A stretch of 62,412 nucleotides of DNA, the filler included, from Pirum gemmata (taxonomy: Eukaryota): the NCBI GenBank assembly GCA_002812295.1. It is 29 parts of 29 records of this genome, joined end to end, with 100 filler letters (N's around TTAATTAATTAA, not from the genome) between each part and the next. Parts side by side here need not be neighbours in the genome. Positions count along the whole stretch, not along the records: positions 35,871 to 37,799 come from PDIN01010165.1; positions 37,900 to 41,214 come from PDIN01010166.1; positions 41,315 to 43,245 come from PDIN01010167.1; positions 43,346 to 45,229 come from PDIN01010168.1; positions 45,330 to 47,228 come from PDIN01010169.1; positions 47,329 to 50,457 come from PDIN01010170.1; positions 50,558 to 52,430 come from PDIN01010171.1; 22 more parts are not named here. One strand, given 5' to 3'. The notes below the pieces were generated by a model, which saw only the letters and a list, made by a program, of their open reading frames with translations, was not told the DNA's origin and ran no database searches. Of the stretch, positions 37,796-50,889 are shown piece after piece (position 1 is the first letter of the stretch; the number at the start of each line of letters is the position of its first letter). A program made the position numbers and the translations under genes.

Positions 37796-40487
37796 ATAAN
37801 NNNNNNNNNNNNNNNNNNNNNNNNNNNNNNNNNNNNNNNNNNNTTAATTAATTAANNNNNNNNNNNNNNNNNNNNNNNNNNNNNNNNNNNNNNNNNNNNC
37901 AACCCACACCCCTAGCTAGCCCCACACCCCAGAAGGGCCAGAACTACCACTCCTAGCTAGTAGTCTCCTACTACCGCTACTACTCTGATACTACTCTACC
38001 TAGCTATGTATAGTTATGTTAGGAAAAAGGCTTGCTAGCTAGCTATGATATGATACAGTAGCTGTAGAGTGTAGACTCGCCGCTATGTACAGCCGCTATG
38101 TACCTGTAGGTAGGCTACTCTAGCTAGCTAGCTACTAGCTAGCTAGCTAGCTGAAGAACTCTGTGAAAAACTTAGAGAGTTCTTAGAGTGTTCTTAGAGG
38201 TGGCCGGTGTATGGAATTTATGGAAACTTCAAGCCGAACCCCGCCGACAACGACGTAGCCAAAAAACAAAGCTGGTCCGAGCCAACAAATCAGCACAGCC
38301 AACCAAAATGAACATTCATTATTGTATAAAACGAAGCTCACAGCTCGGGAGTCTGCAGTGCACTGATGAGCTACATGAGCACTCTGGGGAGCTAAACAAA
38401 CATTACATCCTTTATTAATTTAAAAAATATGATAAAAACTATATAAACAAAAGCTATCTATAATGATATATTATTCGGCAAGCAACAAACGGAAATAGCT
38501 GCCATAACGAAAACAAAACAAACTTTGAACTATTTCACAGTGCTAATATAATCAATATAATATAATTATTATAACATACATATAGTTTAAAACATATTAT
38601 ATGTACTTGTTTCCTGTAACCAGGCTTTTAAAAACAAATAAAAGAAATAATGCGTAATACATATTAATTAATAATAATATGATATTAATAATCTTTCAGT
38701 TTTTAATAATAAAATTATCAAGCATACTTATTATATATTATTTATTAATATGATATTAATTATTAGTATTATTATAACATTAATTAAAAATAACAGTTAT
38801 TATACTTTAATTTATGTGTGCACACCGGCCGTACTTGGCACTGACTGACAAATCTTAGTGTCTGACATTATCATTATTATGTTTTATATAAATATACGAT
38901 AGCACAGTGCATGCACGCAACATACTATGTATGATGTCAATAGAAAACATTCATTAATGACGTCATTAAAATTCCGCAGACCCACCTTCTGACCTATCAG
39001 ATGGAAATTCTAAGCCTTCACATTGCAGCCTAAGCCATTTAAATGGAAATCTAGAAAAAGGATTTAAAAGTGACGTCACTAATACGTGTTCTTTGTTTTG
39101 AAAATGATCAATTTTATAAATAAAATAACTTTATCACTCTTTATCATTCTAGTATGGTGATCCATTGGTGAGAATATTCTAAAAACGTTCTACTTTTTTT
39201 ACTAATTAAAGCTCAACTATTTTTTTTTTTTATGTTTCAAAATTTCAAACCTATTAATTACCTATTACACTACTTATATTCAAACTGAAAATTCTGGTGA
39301 AACACATCATTAGTGTTCGATATATCATACTATCGATATAATATTATAAAAAGAAAGGTCTGTAGAAAAAGTCTCAAAAAGTACACAACACCACTACAAC
39401 ACCCTTTGAGACTACCCCCCCCCCCCAAAAAAAAAAAACCCAAAAACCAAAAAAGAAAGACAGCTTGAATAATACTATCTGTAGCAAGACTCTGATAGAA
39501 TAGTTATTAGACTAATACTGTTTGATAGCTGTTTGATATTACTTTTACAGAGCACACTATAGACACAAAAGCTGACAATAAGGTATTTTAATTTTAATTA
39601 AAATAAAATAATATTTTTTAATTAAAATAACAATAATAATTTGTTAAGATTTATTCTAAAAAGTTGAATAGTTTCTTTAATTTCAAAACGTAATTCTATT
39701 AATTTTGCAAAATATCATAATATGGCATGTAACACAAATATGAGTATGTATGACAAGTCAATTTTGTTATTCCTAACAAATCAGAGTTCATGCATTATTA
39801 TTATTATTATTATTATTATTANNNNNNNNNNNNNNNNNNNNNNNNNNNNNNNNNNNNNNNNNNNNTATTTATTATTTATTATTATTTACTATTACAGAAC
39901 AATGGAAAATTCTAAAAAATACACAAGCACTACAAGTTTGACCAGTATTAAACGACGAAGAAGTGTATCTAACATTTCAGAAAAGAGGAAAAAAGAACCA
40001 AGTTTAATGAGTCACACTTAAAAACTTCATTCTTCAACTGCAAACCAACATATCAATCCAATTCATTAACATTCAACATAGGCACTAAAGTATAGGGCTA
40101 GCACGGATGTCATCACAATAATATACGTAATTAAGAAATCCAGGTGTCTTAAATAGGATTTCAAAGTCTTATTTTTATGGTTTTATATTACTAAATATGG
40201 CGAAAAAGTCTTAAATGTTACTTAATTTGGTTATTAATTGGCTTTTATATATATTTCTAACCTTGGGCTAGTTTGACTTTTTAATTTAATTAAAAGTACA
40301 AAAACGTCATAAAAGTTGACAGTAAAGTTGGTATACAGTTTTTATTATTATTATTATTATTATATATATAAATACTATTTAAGAATGTAAAAAGTCAATT
40401 TAACGTCTATATATATATCGTATACTAAATACATCCAAACCCCTCTGAAAATTTAAATACATCATCTTCTATTCGTGCAGTCATACT

Positions 40488-40726
40488 GGGAGACATGGGA
40501 AAACATAATCGAATCAAACAGCTCGATTCTTATTATTAAATAGTGACAATTTTGAAATGATATTCTTTTTTTTTTTTTTTTCGAGTTACAAGTTTTTTCT
40601 ATGAAATTTCCAAGAATTTTCAAGAATTTATTAATGAAATCGAAAGTGAGTCAATACTTAAAATTAGATAAAAAATTTCGAAAATTTAGAACTAGTCTCG
40701 ATTCGATGGTTTTTCCCGCATCTCCT
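40488..40726. mobile_element. ~240-bp MITE-like element, TIR consensus GGAGATGCGGGAAA
   Basis: Ends gggagacatgggaaa / tttcccgcatctcc. A full inverted copy lies at 57850-58094 and a partial copy at about 60960-61048. Confidence 0.7.
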
Positions 40727-41112
40727 ATCACTTTATATTAAATATACTTTTGGAATGATAGTTTATTTTCTAGAAATTTTGAATTAAATTATTATTCCTT
40801 TTACTTTTTTCAAATGTACAATGTCAATTCTGTAGCCCATGTCATTTTCACATAATAGGATAACTAAAAGAAGTTACAAGTACGATGGTGGTTTAGTTAA
40901 TTTGTACATTAGTATACTAATTTAAAAGTATTAGCATTTTTGTACGCTATAATGTTATATAAATAATTATAAGGTATATTAGCGTCATCCAGATATCAGC
41001 TTATTGATGATGAAAACACCCTGAAACCTATGCTAACTTTAAACTACAAAACTCACTTTAATCAAAAATAAAATAAAGTTTTCTTATTAGCTATAGTATT
41101 ATTATTATTATT

Positions 41113-41156
<44 letters not shown>

Positions 41157-41508
41157 TAAAACTCACTTATTAATAATAATAAAATAATTAAAAATAAAAC
41201 AAAGTTTTCTTATTNNNNNNNNNNNNNNNNNNNNNNNNNNNNNNNNNNNNNNNNNNNNTTAATTAATTAANNNNNNNNNNNNNNNNNNNNNNNNNNNNNN
41301 NNNNNNNNNNNNNNAAAAAATACCAATAATAATAAAATCAAAAAAAAAAAACAGCTAAAAAACTCTATTTTTGGAAAACAAAACATTTTTCAAACATTTG
41401 GAATCTTGGATTTCTTCCTGATTTGTCCTTATTCATCATTCCTATTTTTTAAAAAGCCAAGTTGCCATTTAATTTTTTTTTTTTTTTAATTTTTTAATTT
41501 CTTTTTTT

Positions 41509-41577
<69 letters not shown>

Positions 41578-43140
41578 CAAGTAGTATACTCAGGATACTA
41601 TCATAGTAGTAGCTCACTATCTCACTACCTTAGCTGTATTGTATATTAAAGTTAGCAACCAGATATCTGATAGCTAGTAGTATCATCAGTATCATGATAT
41701 CGATACTCTCTACGAGTTCCAGACGAGTTCCAACTTTTTTTATTATAATAATATTATTATATATAGTCAAGTAATTCCAATTTTTGAGAATATAGTATAA
41801 AATAGAATTAATAGTATAGTACATATTAAAAAGTCAAAAAATCATTTTCTATTCCTTTGTCCGTTAACTTAGCCTTCACTTAGTTAATAGCCCGGTCGTA
41901 ACGGGGTTTTTTTGTAATCACGGCGTTACCGTACGTAGACTTGCGATAAGCCAGATAAATCTGTAGAAATCATTTTTTTTTTTATAATAATCTTTTCTTT
42001 AGAAAATTTATTTTGGTTCATAATCGAGTTTTCTTAATAATTAATTAGATCCGACCCATGAAATGTTTTAGTATGATCAGCTGAGTATTATGGTCTCGTA
42101 TGATAGACTGTTTGTTTGCACCACACCACACCTTGTTTACAACTTTCCCATATATCTTTCTAGTACGATTATCATGCATAATCATATTCATAACCATAAC
42201 CATAACCATAACCATAACCATAACCATATTAATATAACCATATAACCATAACCATAACCATAACCATAACCATCACTATTACACTAGTACTACTATAACC
42301 ATATCGATATATTATCATTATTATCATTCTTATCCTTAATTAAGCTTATAATTATTATCATTATTATATCATTATACTATTATCATTAATTATTATCATT
42401 AATATTATTATCATTATTATCATTATTCTCGATATCATTATTATCATTATTCTCGATAATTATCATTATTATCATTACAATATTATATATCATTAATATT
42501 ATCATAATATCATTATTATCATTATTATATATCATTATTATCATTATTATCGATATCATTATTATCATTATTATCATTATTATCATTTGTAAACGTAATT
42601 ACAACCATTATGATTATAACTATATAGTATCAAAATATAAAAATAATGATAAGTTCTGGCCATGGTTATTGAGGATTATTAAAGTTGACAGAGAAAAAAG
42701 CCATGGTCAGGTTAGATGCTAAGAGACAGTTAGGATTCGTATATATAAAAGTAATGTATATATAGTACACAGAACCTATTACTTTGTCAAATTTTTACAA
42801 AAAAANAAATTTTTAAAAAAAAAAAAAAAAAGGAAATCTTTAGCACATTATGTAATTTCTAATTATGTATTTATGTATTATGTAAGTATTAATATGTAAG
42901 TATGTAAGTATATGTACGCGTATACGAATAATATAAAAAATATTTAGTTGGAATACCAATACGCAAGTTGTATTTATACACATACTTAGAAGTTAGAAAC
43001 TGGTGGTGTGCCAGGTGTGGTGGCACACACAATTTCTATCTATTAGTTTTGTTAAAAGATCCCCCGCTACACACCCAGGCACCTTAGGTGTTTGCTAAAA
43101 AAAGTTTTTCATATGGGAGGGTGTTGACCGGCTAAGAAAA

Positions 43141-43184
<44 letters not shown>

Positions 43185-43431
43185 TTAATAATAGTAATAA
43201 TAATTATTTTTATTAAAAAAAAAAATTTAAAAATAATTAAAAAAANNNNNNNNNNNNNNNNNNNNNNNNNNNNNNNNNNNNNNNNNNNNTTAATTAATTA
43301 ANNNNNNNNNNNNNNNNNNNNNNNNNNNNNNNNNNNNNNNNNNNNTATAATAATAATAATAAACAAACAAAAAACAAAAAAAAATACTAAACACCCAAAA
43401 TAAATAATAAACAATAATAAAAACTTCTTAC

Positions 43432-43600
43432 CAATCAAAGTGATAAGATTAGGAGCTAACCATTCTGGAGTAATATCCAAAACTTTAAGAGCAATGCTTT
43501 TCAAAAATAACTTATAAAAAATAGATTGATTATTTCCGTTGTATTTATGTTGTTTTAAATTTTCCAAACCCTCAAGGGTAATGTACTGATACTTAAGCAT
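43432..43600 (-). CDS. First exon of a choline/ethanolamine phosphotransferase (CDP-alcohol phosphatidyltransferase, CEPT1/EPT1 family)
   Basis: MLKYQYITLEGLENLKQHKYNGNNQSIFYKLFL...PEWLAPNLITLIG, with a GTAAG donor at 43431. Confidence 0.9.
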
Positions 43601-44157
43601 AATAATTTCTGGGCAAGAAAAGAAGACAAAGCCAAAACCAAGAAAAAAGTTTTTTTTTTTTACCTTTTCATTATTCAATAGTATGATACAGGTATATTTA
43701 TACTGGACATTCGGCTATAATAATAGTCTAGCTAGTCTCTATGACTATGATATCGTATCTCGATTCCTCGATTATCATAAATAGGCTAGTCTAGTATGTA
43801 TAGTACTAGTTTTTTTTTTTTAATTATTTTTTTTATTAGTTTCTACAAAATTTTATTAAATTGGTATTTTTTAATTTATTTGATACATTTTTATATAAAT
43901 TAATATATCTACTAAGCTACCAAATAAATGTGTTGCTAGTCAGGAAGACATAAAAAATATTCAAAAAAAAAAAAATTGGTTAGATTTTTCTAGCTAGTAG
44001 TAGAGCTAGTCTAGCTAGCTAGACTATCTACTACTAGCTAGTAGACTCTAGCTAGCTAGCTAGAGCTAGCTATCGATACATAGTAGATTTTTTTTTTAAT
44101 TTCTTACTAAACAAGTATAGCCGGGTTAAAAGACCCAGGTCTTTTAACCCGGGTCTA

Positions 44158-44341
44158 GTGCTTTTCAGTTTTTTTTTGTCATCATAAAATATACAATAAA
44201 TGATACCAAATTAATATAATATAATTCCATTTAATTTAATTTGGTATACGTTATTATATATTTATTTATTTAAAAAGTATCAAGTTAAATATTATAAACA
44301 ACCAAATAAATATTCGGATTGACAAAATAAATGAAAAGCAC
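44158..44341. mobile_element. ~170-185 bp MITE, TIR GTGCTTTTCAxxxxTTTTGTCA
   Basis: Both TIRs are present here and at 60592-60758. Partial copies at about 1906, 22426-22458, 23103-23165, 23730-23775, 52378-52430, 58890-59045 and 59910-60055. Confidence 0.8.
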
Positions 44342-44423
44342 TAAATGATTTTTTCTAGTCTAGATGATTTTTTATAAATAGCTAGACACTAGGCCTACCT
44401 ACTAGCTAGCTAGCTAATACTGG

Positions 44424-44534
44424 CCCTAACCCCTAGCTAGGCCCTAACCCTAACCCTAAAACCCTAACCCTAACCCTAACCCTAACCCTAACCCTAACCC
44501 TAACCCTAACCCTAAAACCCTAACCCTAACCCTA
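44424..44534 (-). repeat. Interstitial (CCCTAA)n tract
   Basis: Directly visible in mid-scaffold. Confidence 0.9.
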
Positions 44535-44724
44535 AGTCTCTCTACTACTAGCTAACTCTGTAAAAAAAAATGATGTCATATTTTTTTAAAAAAATAGCTT
44601 TTTTATTGATTTCCTAAATTTTATCCTGACTTTAAAAAAAGTTTTTAACAAATCACAAAGGTAATATGCAGTTTAATTATGTTGATATGATTGGTCAAGG
44701 CATAAAACTGTAGAAATCACTTAA

Positions 44725-44871
44725 TCTTTGATAGAAGTCATTGCTCAAAAACGTGACTTAAACTGTTTTAGGCAGTAATTAATTATTAAAATGAACTTTA
44801 AAAATTATGACCAAAAGTGTTTTGGACAAAGAGGCACAAGTAAGATTAGGTTGACGTCCTTTATGAACGAT
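44725..44871. repeat. Dispersed ~145-bp repeat
   Basis: Near-identical copy at 57396-57540 (tctttgatagaagtcattgctc...gacgtcctttatg). Confidence 0.8.
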
Positions 44872-45198
44872 TCCTTATTTGGTGCATTTTTTTTACACTT
44901 CTTCTTTTCTAGTCTAGCCATTGGCTCATAATAGAGCTCTCTCAAATTTTATTTATGAGCCCAGAAATCCAAAAAATCTTAAAAAGATCCAATTTTAATG
45001 AAAGTACTACCAAATAGAGAGAAATCATGTGGCCAACAAAACTCTATTATGAACCAATGGCTAGTTTTTAAAAATAATTTGGCTAGTTAGCGTTAAAGGT
45101 TTTTAGAAAATAAGTCTAAAAAAAGAAAAATGATTTCTACAGTTTTATCCGGTTTGGCTGTTAAAAAAAAATCGTACATATCGGTATACAATATTATA

Positions 45199-45229
<31 letters not shown>

Positions 45230-45329
45230 NNNNNNNNNNNNNNNNNNNNNNNNNNNNNNNNNNNNNNNNNNNNTTAATTAATTAANNNNNNNNNNNNNNN
45301 NNNNNNNNNNNNNNNNNNNNNNNNNNNNN

Positions 45330-46695
45330 TATTGTTGTTGTTGTTGTTGTTGTTGTTGTTACTATTTTCATTACTAAAGCTATTGATAATGTTCCCAACC
45401 GTTATACACCAACTTAAATTAATACTTAACAGGTTAGTTAACGATTTAAGTGGTTGAAGACCACCATGTAATATATTAACACACTTACTTAAACTAAGAT
45501 ATTTTAAATTTTTCAATGATTGAAGAGGTTTGATGTTATTAATACGACTACACTTAGTTATATATAAAGTTTCTAACTTGGTTAAATGTTGCAGTGGTTC
45601 TATATCCGTAATAATACATTCATTCACTTTTAGAGTCTTGATGTTATGCAGTAGTTGTATTGGCTTTAATGATTGCATGAATTGACAATTATTCAAATTC
45701 AAAGTGACAAGGTTAGTTAGTCGTTTCAATACTATTATATCACTACCACAGTTATTTAATTCTAAATTACAAAGCTTGTATAAATACTGCAATGGTTGAA
45801 TGTCCATACAATTATGCAGCTGTAATGTGTTAATACCAGCGATATATTGCAATGGTTGTATATAACTAACTCTTAAACCTAAAGTTTTCAATTTACTTAA
45901 TGGTTGTAGTACATTAGCATCAGTTATTCCAGTACATTGCGTTAAATAAAGTGTCTTGAGATTTGTCAAAAATTGAATTGGTTGAATATCACCAATGATT
46001 ATACTCTCACTTAAACTTAAGAATTCTAAATTGATTAAATATTGCATTGCTTTAAGGTTAATGTTATAATCCGCTTCATTAATAGTTATATTTAATGATG
46101 TGAGATTAGTTAAATGTTTTAAAGCGTCAATATTATTATTTACTTTACAATTCATTATTGATAATGTTTTCAAATTTGTTAATGTGTGCAGTGGTTGTAT
46201 ATCACTAATTTTACAATTGATTAAACTTAAATCCTTTAAGTTTTTTAAATTACTAATTGAAGTTATACTTTCGAGTTGTTCACAGTTACTTAGTTTTAAT
46301 GATTGAAGGCTAGTTAATGATTTAAGGAAGTTTACATTATCAATATTGTTATTGGTAAGCTTTACATAATTTAAATTTTTACAATTTTCTAAGAAATTTT
46401 GAAAATTCTCATGATTCCTCTTTTGTGCGTGTAATTTTTCTACTTCTGCTTTCAATTTTTGTATTTGCACTGATAATTTTTCAATGTTTTGATCCGTTTT
46501 TTGTTTGGCTTTAGTAGAAAACAAAAAGTTTTTATCAATATTATCATTAACAAAACAATCTAAATAAGTTAAGTTTTGTTGGGTTATGCGTTTGGATACA
46601 CTTGAAGCCATACATAATGAAAAAGCTGTGTTTAAGTCTAATGTTACCCGCTTAAGCATAATGCTTAGTACGATTTCGTAGTCATTCATAATCAT
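45330..46695 (-). CDS. Cytoplasmic internalin/ESAG8-like LRR protein, 3'-truncated at the scaffold end
   Basis: About 455 open codons. An N-terminal coiled-coil-like segment is followed by ~22-23 aa repeats (DIQPLxxLTNLKTLxLxxC). No signal peptide. Confidence 0.88.
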
Positions 46696-47540
46696 GTTTT
46701 AACAAATTAACAATTATGATTGTAATTATGAAAATTATAATTATTGATTATGATTAATTATGATTATGATTGTGATTGTGATTGTGATTGTGATTATGAT
46801 TATGATTAAAAATATTGTTATTATGATTGTTGATTTGATTATGATTGTAATTATGAAAATTATAATTATTGATTGTGATTGCGATTGTGATTGTAATTAC
46901 GATTATGATTGTTATTATGATTGTTGATTTGATTATGATTATGATTATAATTATGATTATGATTATGATTGTGATTATGATTGTGATTATGATTATATGA
47001 TTGTATAATTATAATGCTTTTTTTTTAATTTATTAAATATAATATATATATAGTAAAAAATCACTCTTTAATGGCGAAAAAGAGTGATTTTTTACTATAT
47101 ATATATATAGACACTTTATGCGATAATAATATATATTATTATAATATATTACATATATTTACTTTTTGAATACTATTTATTTCTAAGGTACATTTGATTT
47201 TATCCGATTGTTTCTTTTATTTTTTTATNNNNNNNNNNNNNNNNNNNNNNNNNNNNNNNNNNNNNNNNNNNNTTAATTAATTAANNNNNNNNNNNNNNNN
47301 NNNNNNNNNNNNNNNNNNNNNNNNNNNNAAAAAAAAAAAAAAAAGCATTACCAATATCAGTCCCAGCATCAGTCAGTATCTTCAATATCAATATCAGTAT
47401 CAATATCAATATCATCAATGAAACGATAACAACATAGAAAAATAGTAAATAGTAAATAGTAAATATAGTAAATAGTAAATAATAAATAGTAACTAGTAAA
47501 TTCACCAATATATTCATGTACATTTCCAAGGGCTTCAGAT

Positions 47541-48869
47541 ATGGTAAAGTTCTGTCGACGTCGTGCTGTAATTTTGTTTTTTTTACTACTCGTGGGCCTG
47601 TATTGTTTTCGTTCCAACATATCGATAATTTTTGTCAACCCTAATGTAAAGTATTACAAAACAGTTAACATACCCAGCAAGTCTTTTGATGTAAAACTTT
47701 TAGAGAGAAAAAAGATAACTTTTATCACGCCTACACGGGGAAGGTCATCCCTCATCGACACCTACGAGTCCATTGTAGCACAAACTTCTGCTAATTGGGA
47801 ACACTTAATTACTTATCAATTAATTAAGTGTAAAGTAAATGGTCAACATGGGTTTCAACATTTGCCTTTTTTTCTACGAAAGCGATTTCCGAGCTTAAGC
47901 AAGTCTCCAAAAAAAACGAAGTTTTTATGTGCCCCACGGAACGTCTCGAATGATAATTGTGCCGCGGAGGTAAGAAATGTGGCTTTGAGCTACACTAAAA
48001 CTGATTACGTTGGATTTTTGGATGATGATGATACTATTTCGAATGACTACGTAGAAAAGTTTTTTTCGCACATCATTACCGATTTTTTTAATGACGTTGT
48101 TGTTTTTCGGATGTACCAAGCCTCAAATCCCACTAGCACAATCCCAAGTTACAATATACGAAATCTGAAAGTTTGCAATTTCGGCATTAGTTTTGCTGGA
48201 AAAACAACATTGTTTCAAAAATTTAAATTCACACCGTCTACGTTTGAGGATTACGATATGTTAAAGCGTTTACTTGAAGCTGGGAAAAGACTCATTTTGA
48301 CTAATGATATTACTTACTATGTTAAAGGTACAGGTCCCACTTACGGACATGGAATAACATTAAAGAAAAGGCTGCCAGACCCTTTTCTATTAAATACTCA
48401 TGATTATGGTGACGCAGACAGACGTAAACATCAAACTGGATTCAATTGTAATAAGGATAAGGGTGGCAACACCAAAGAAATTCGTTTCGAATATAAATCG
48501 AAAAAAATGGCCAAGGAATATATTGGTGAACTGCATTCTAAATTACTGGAAAGAATGCATGAACTCTACCCTGAATGTTTAACAATCAATCAACAGAATG
48601 GTTTTTTTATTCCGAATACCACTTTTTTGGGTGTAGTGCACTCAAGCTCAAACGATGACAGCCAAACGTTTACTATCCAAGTTTTAAATGAAAATATGAA
48701 AGTAGTGCAAAATTGGATATTTGGTCAGGTTAAATTTAATGATTGGGAAGGAAATTTTTACTTTCCCTCGTTCTCAAAGGAAAATTTTAATAATGGGGAA
48801 ATAGATGATAGTCTTTGTTTTAGTATGGGTTTAATGAACGTAGGTTTCAGTGCTATGAAAAAAGGTTAA
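47541..48869 (+). CDS. Glycosyltransferase family 2-like type II membrane protein
   Basis: N-terminal TM; motifs ITFITPTRGR, SIVAQT..NWE, RNVAL, DYVGFLDDDD (DxD) and FEDYDML; intronless. Confidence 0.88.
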   Translation: MVKFCRRRAVILFFLLLVGLYCFRSNISIIFVNPNVKYYKTVNIPSKSFDVKLLERKKITFITPTRGRSSLIDTYESIVAQTSANWEHLITYQLIKCKVNGQHGFQHLPFFLRKRFPSLSKSPKKTKFLCAPRNVSNDNCAAEVRNVALSYTKTDYVGFLDDDDTISNDYVEKFFSHIITDFFNDVVVFRMYQASNPTSTIPSYNIRNLKVCNFGISFAGKTTLFQKFKFTPSTFEDYDMLKRLLEAGKRLILTNDITYYVKGTGPTYGHGITLKKRLPDPFLLNTHDYGDADRRKHQTGFNCNKDKGGNTKEIRFEYKSKKMAKEYIGELHSKLLERMHELYPECLTINQQNGFFIPNTTFLGVVHSSSNDDSQTFTIQVLNENMKVVQNWIFGQVKFNDWEGNFYFPSFSKENFNNGEIDDSLCFSMGLMNVGFSAMKKG

Positions 48870-49204
48870 TAAAACAACAACAACAATAATAAGGTAAGAT
48901 TGTATATTTATGTTTAGTATGGGTTTAATGAATGTTAATAAATAAATAAATAATAATAATAATAAGGTAAGATTGTATTGATTAAATAATTATGTTTTAG
49001 TATGGGTTTAATAAATGTAGTTTTCAGTGTTATATATAAAAAAAGTTAATTAATTAATGTTTTAGTATGGGTTTAATAAATGTAGGTTTCAGTGTTATGA
49101 AAAAAAAATTTAATTAATTAATAATAATAATAATAAGGTAAGATTGTATTGATTAAATAATTATGTTTTAGTATAGGTTTAATAAATGTAGGTTTCAGTG
49201 TTAT
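48816..49204 (+). repeat. Tandem degenerate copies of the GT2 gene 3' end
   Basis: tgttttagtatgggtttaatRaaYgtaggtttcagtg variants at about 48816, 48911, 48992, 49057 and 49164. Confidence 0.8.
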
Positions 49205-49506
49205 NGGTGATGATGAGGGTGATGATGAGGGTGATGATGATGGCGATGACGATGGCGCTGATGATGGCGATGGTGATGAGGGTGAGGGTGAGGGTGGTGG
49301 TGATGATGATGATGATTAAGATGATGATGATTAAGATGATGATGATTAAGATGATAATGATTAAGATGATGATGATTTTCCCGTTTATCTGATATTTACA
49401 ATAGTCCTTAACTTGTAACTTTGAAATCCCTTTTTATATTTTCTTGTTTATCTAATAGTTACAATTATCCTTAAAACCTACAACTTTGAAACACGCTTTT
49501 GCTCAA

Positions 49507-50457
49507 TTATTGGTGGATAAAGAGAGCTCTAGGTACAACCACGCTGGTCGTCTTCGCCATAGTACGAAACCGCATAGCCATTAAACCATCGGCTACATAA
49601 ATAAAGTCTTTATGCTGTTGTTTGTATAAAAATGCATTTTTGATAAATCGTAAATTGTTATTCTCATAGAATAACTTTGCAGCAAATATAATCGCACCTA
49701 AATCTATCTGTGCAACTTTAATTTTAGTTCGAACCAACACATCTTGCCCTACCCGTTCATTTCCACCTCTTAAGTTATCCCACTTATAGCGTGAAATAAA
49801 AAAGGTACTTATAAGATCAAAACCCAGATCCATATAAAATCTGGTTGCTTTAAAAAAATTTAAATTGTATATATTATCTCCATTCGTAAAAACAAAATGT
49901 TTGACTTTATACTCCTTAACAATATCATTAATAGCCAAGTCAGTCAATATATAACCATAATCACTCCCTATTATATTAGAACTGCGCTTTGCATCAATAG
50001 TTTCTTTGTCCAAATTATTTCGGGGAGACACCTTCACTGTCACTGTTACTTGATCATCCCAAAGGCCACGAAATTTATCTATAACTTTATTTACATGATC
50101 TAAGCCACATCTAATTTCGTCCAGTGAGCTATCAGTTTCGACAAGATACACCAACAACTTAAAATCTTTTCCGGCAGAAGAATATAAAGATGATAACAAT
50201 GTCGGAAGGGACAATTTATGAGCACAAATAAAACGTACAAATACTACAATGTCATAATCATAGTCCACTTCGGTATCTTTATAGAATTTTGACCATTCCT
50301 TACACCCAAACGGCCCAAAACTTTTCGTGCAACAACTTTTAAGAGAGTTGAATCCATCTTCACAGTTCGGATCATCAGTAGGTGCACACATTCTATGTTC
50401 GTACGAGCTTCTTTTATAACAGAAGAAACCTATTGAAATATTTGAAAACGTTGAATA
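49507..50457 (-). CDS. GT-A fold (GT2-like) glycosyltransferase, 5'-truncated
   Basis: The frame is open to the scaffold end. Motifs LVYLVETD, DYGYILTD.AI, FVFTNGDNIY, IDLGA, ADG and a terminal LFIHQ. Confidence 0.75.
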   Translation of the reverse strand, partial: YSTFSNISIGFFCYKRSSYEHRMCAPTDDPNCEDGFNSLKSCCTKSFGPFGCKEWSKFYKDTEVDYDYDIVVFVRFICAHKLSLPTLLSSLYSSAGKDFKLLVYLVETDSSLDEIRCGLDHVNKVIDKFRGLWDDQVTVTVKVSPRNNLDKETIDAKRSSNIIGSDYGYILTDLAINDIVKEYKVKHFVFTNGDNIYNLNFFKATRFYMDLGFDLISTFFISRYKWDNLRGGNERVGQDVLVRTKIKVAQIDLGAIIFAAKLFYENNNLRFIKNAFLYKQQHKDFIYVADGLMAMRFRTMAKTTSVVVPRALFIHQ

Positions 50458-50889
50458 NNNNNNNNNNNNNNNNNNNNNNNNNNNNNNNNNNNNNNNNNNN
50501 NTTAATTAATTAANNNNNNNNNNNNNNNNNNNNNNNNNNNNNNNNNNNNNNNNNNNNCTTTATCACTGCTCATGTTGTTGTTGTTGTAATAGTGGTGGTG
50601 ATGATGGTTTGTTGTTGCAAGCCCCAAGAGACTTGAAAAAAAAAGAATTATAATATTATTATTATTTTTATTATATATTTGCTCATCGGGAGACGGGTAT
50701 CTACATTATATAGACTATTTTATCCGAAACACCTTTGCGACTGTGTTAGTAGTACTACTTCTAAAGTTATTTTGTTTACAAATGGTAGTTACTATAAAAT
50801 TATCTTTCTAATTGTGTTGTTTGAAATGTTAATTAAACGATGTTTTGCATTCTGTAAGCCCCGAGAGACTTGAAAAAAAAAGAAAAAAG

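Noticed and set aside
37914..38152. (GCTA)n/CTAG-rich tracts as a functional element
   Set aside because: Self-complementary microsatellite scattered across many scaffolds (about 30738, 43990, 44400, 59857) with no further structure.
39549..39964. Possible 5' UTR exon and first coding exon (MENSKKYTSTTSLTSIKRRRS)
   Set aside because: Splice signals are plausible, but it is too short, has no homology cue, and downstream exons could not be phased.
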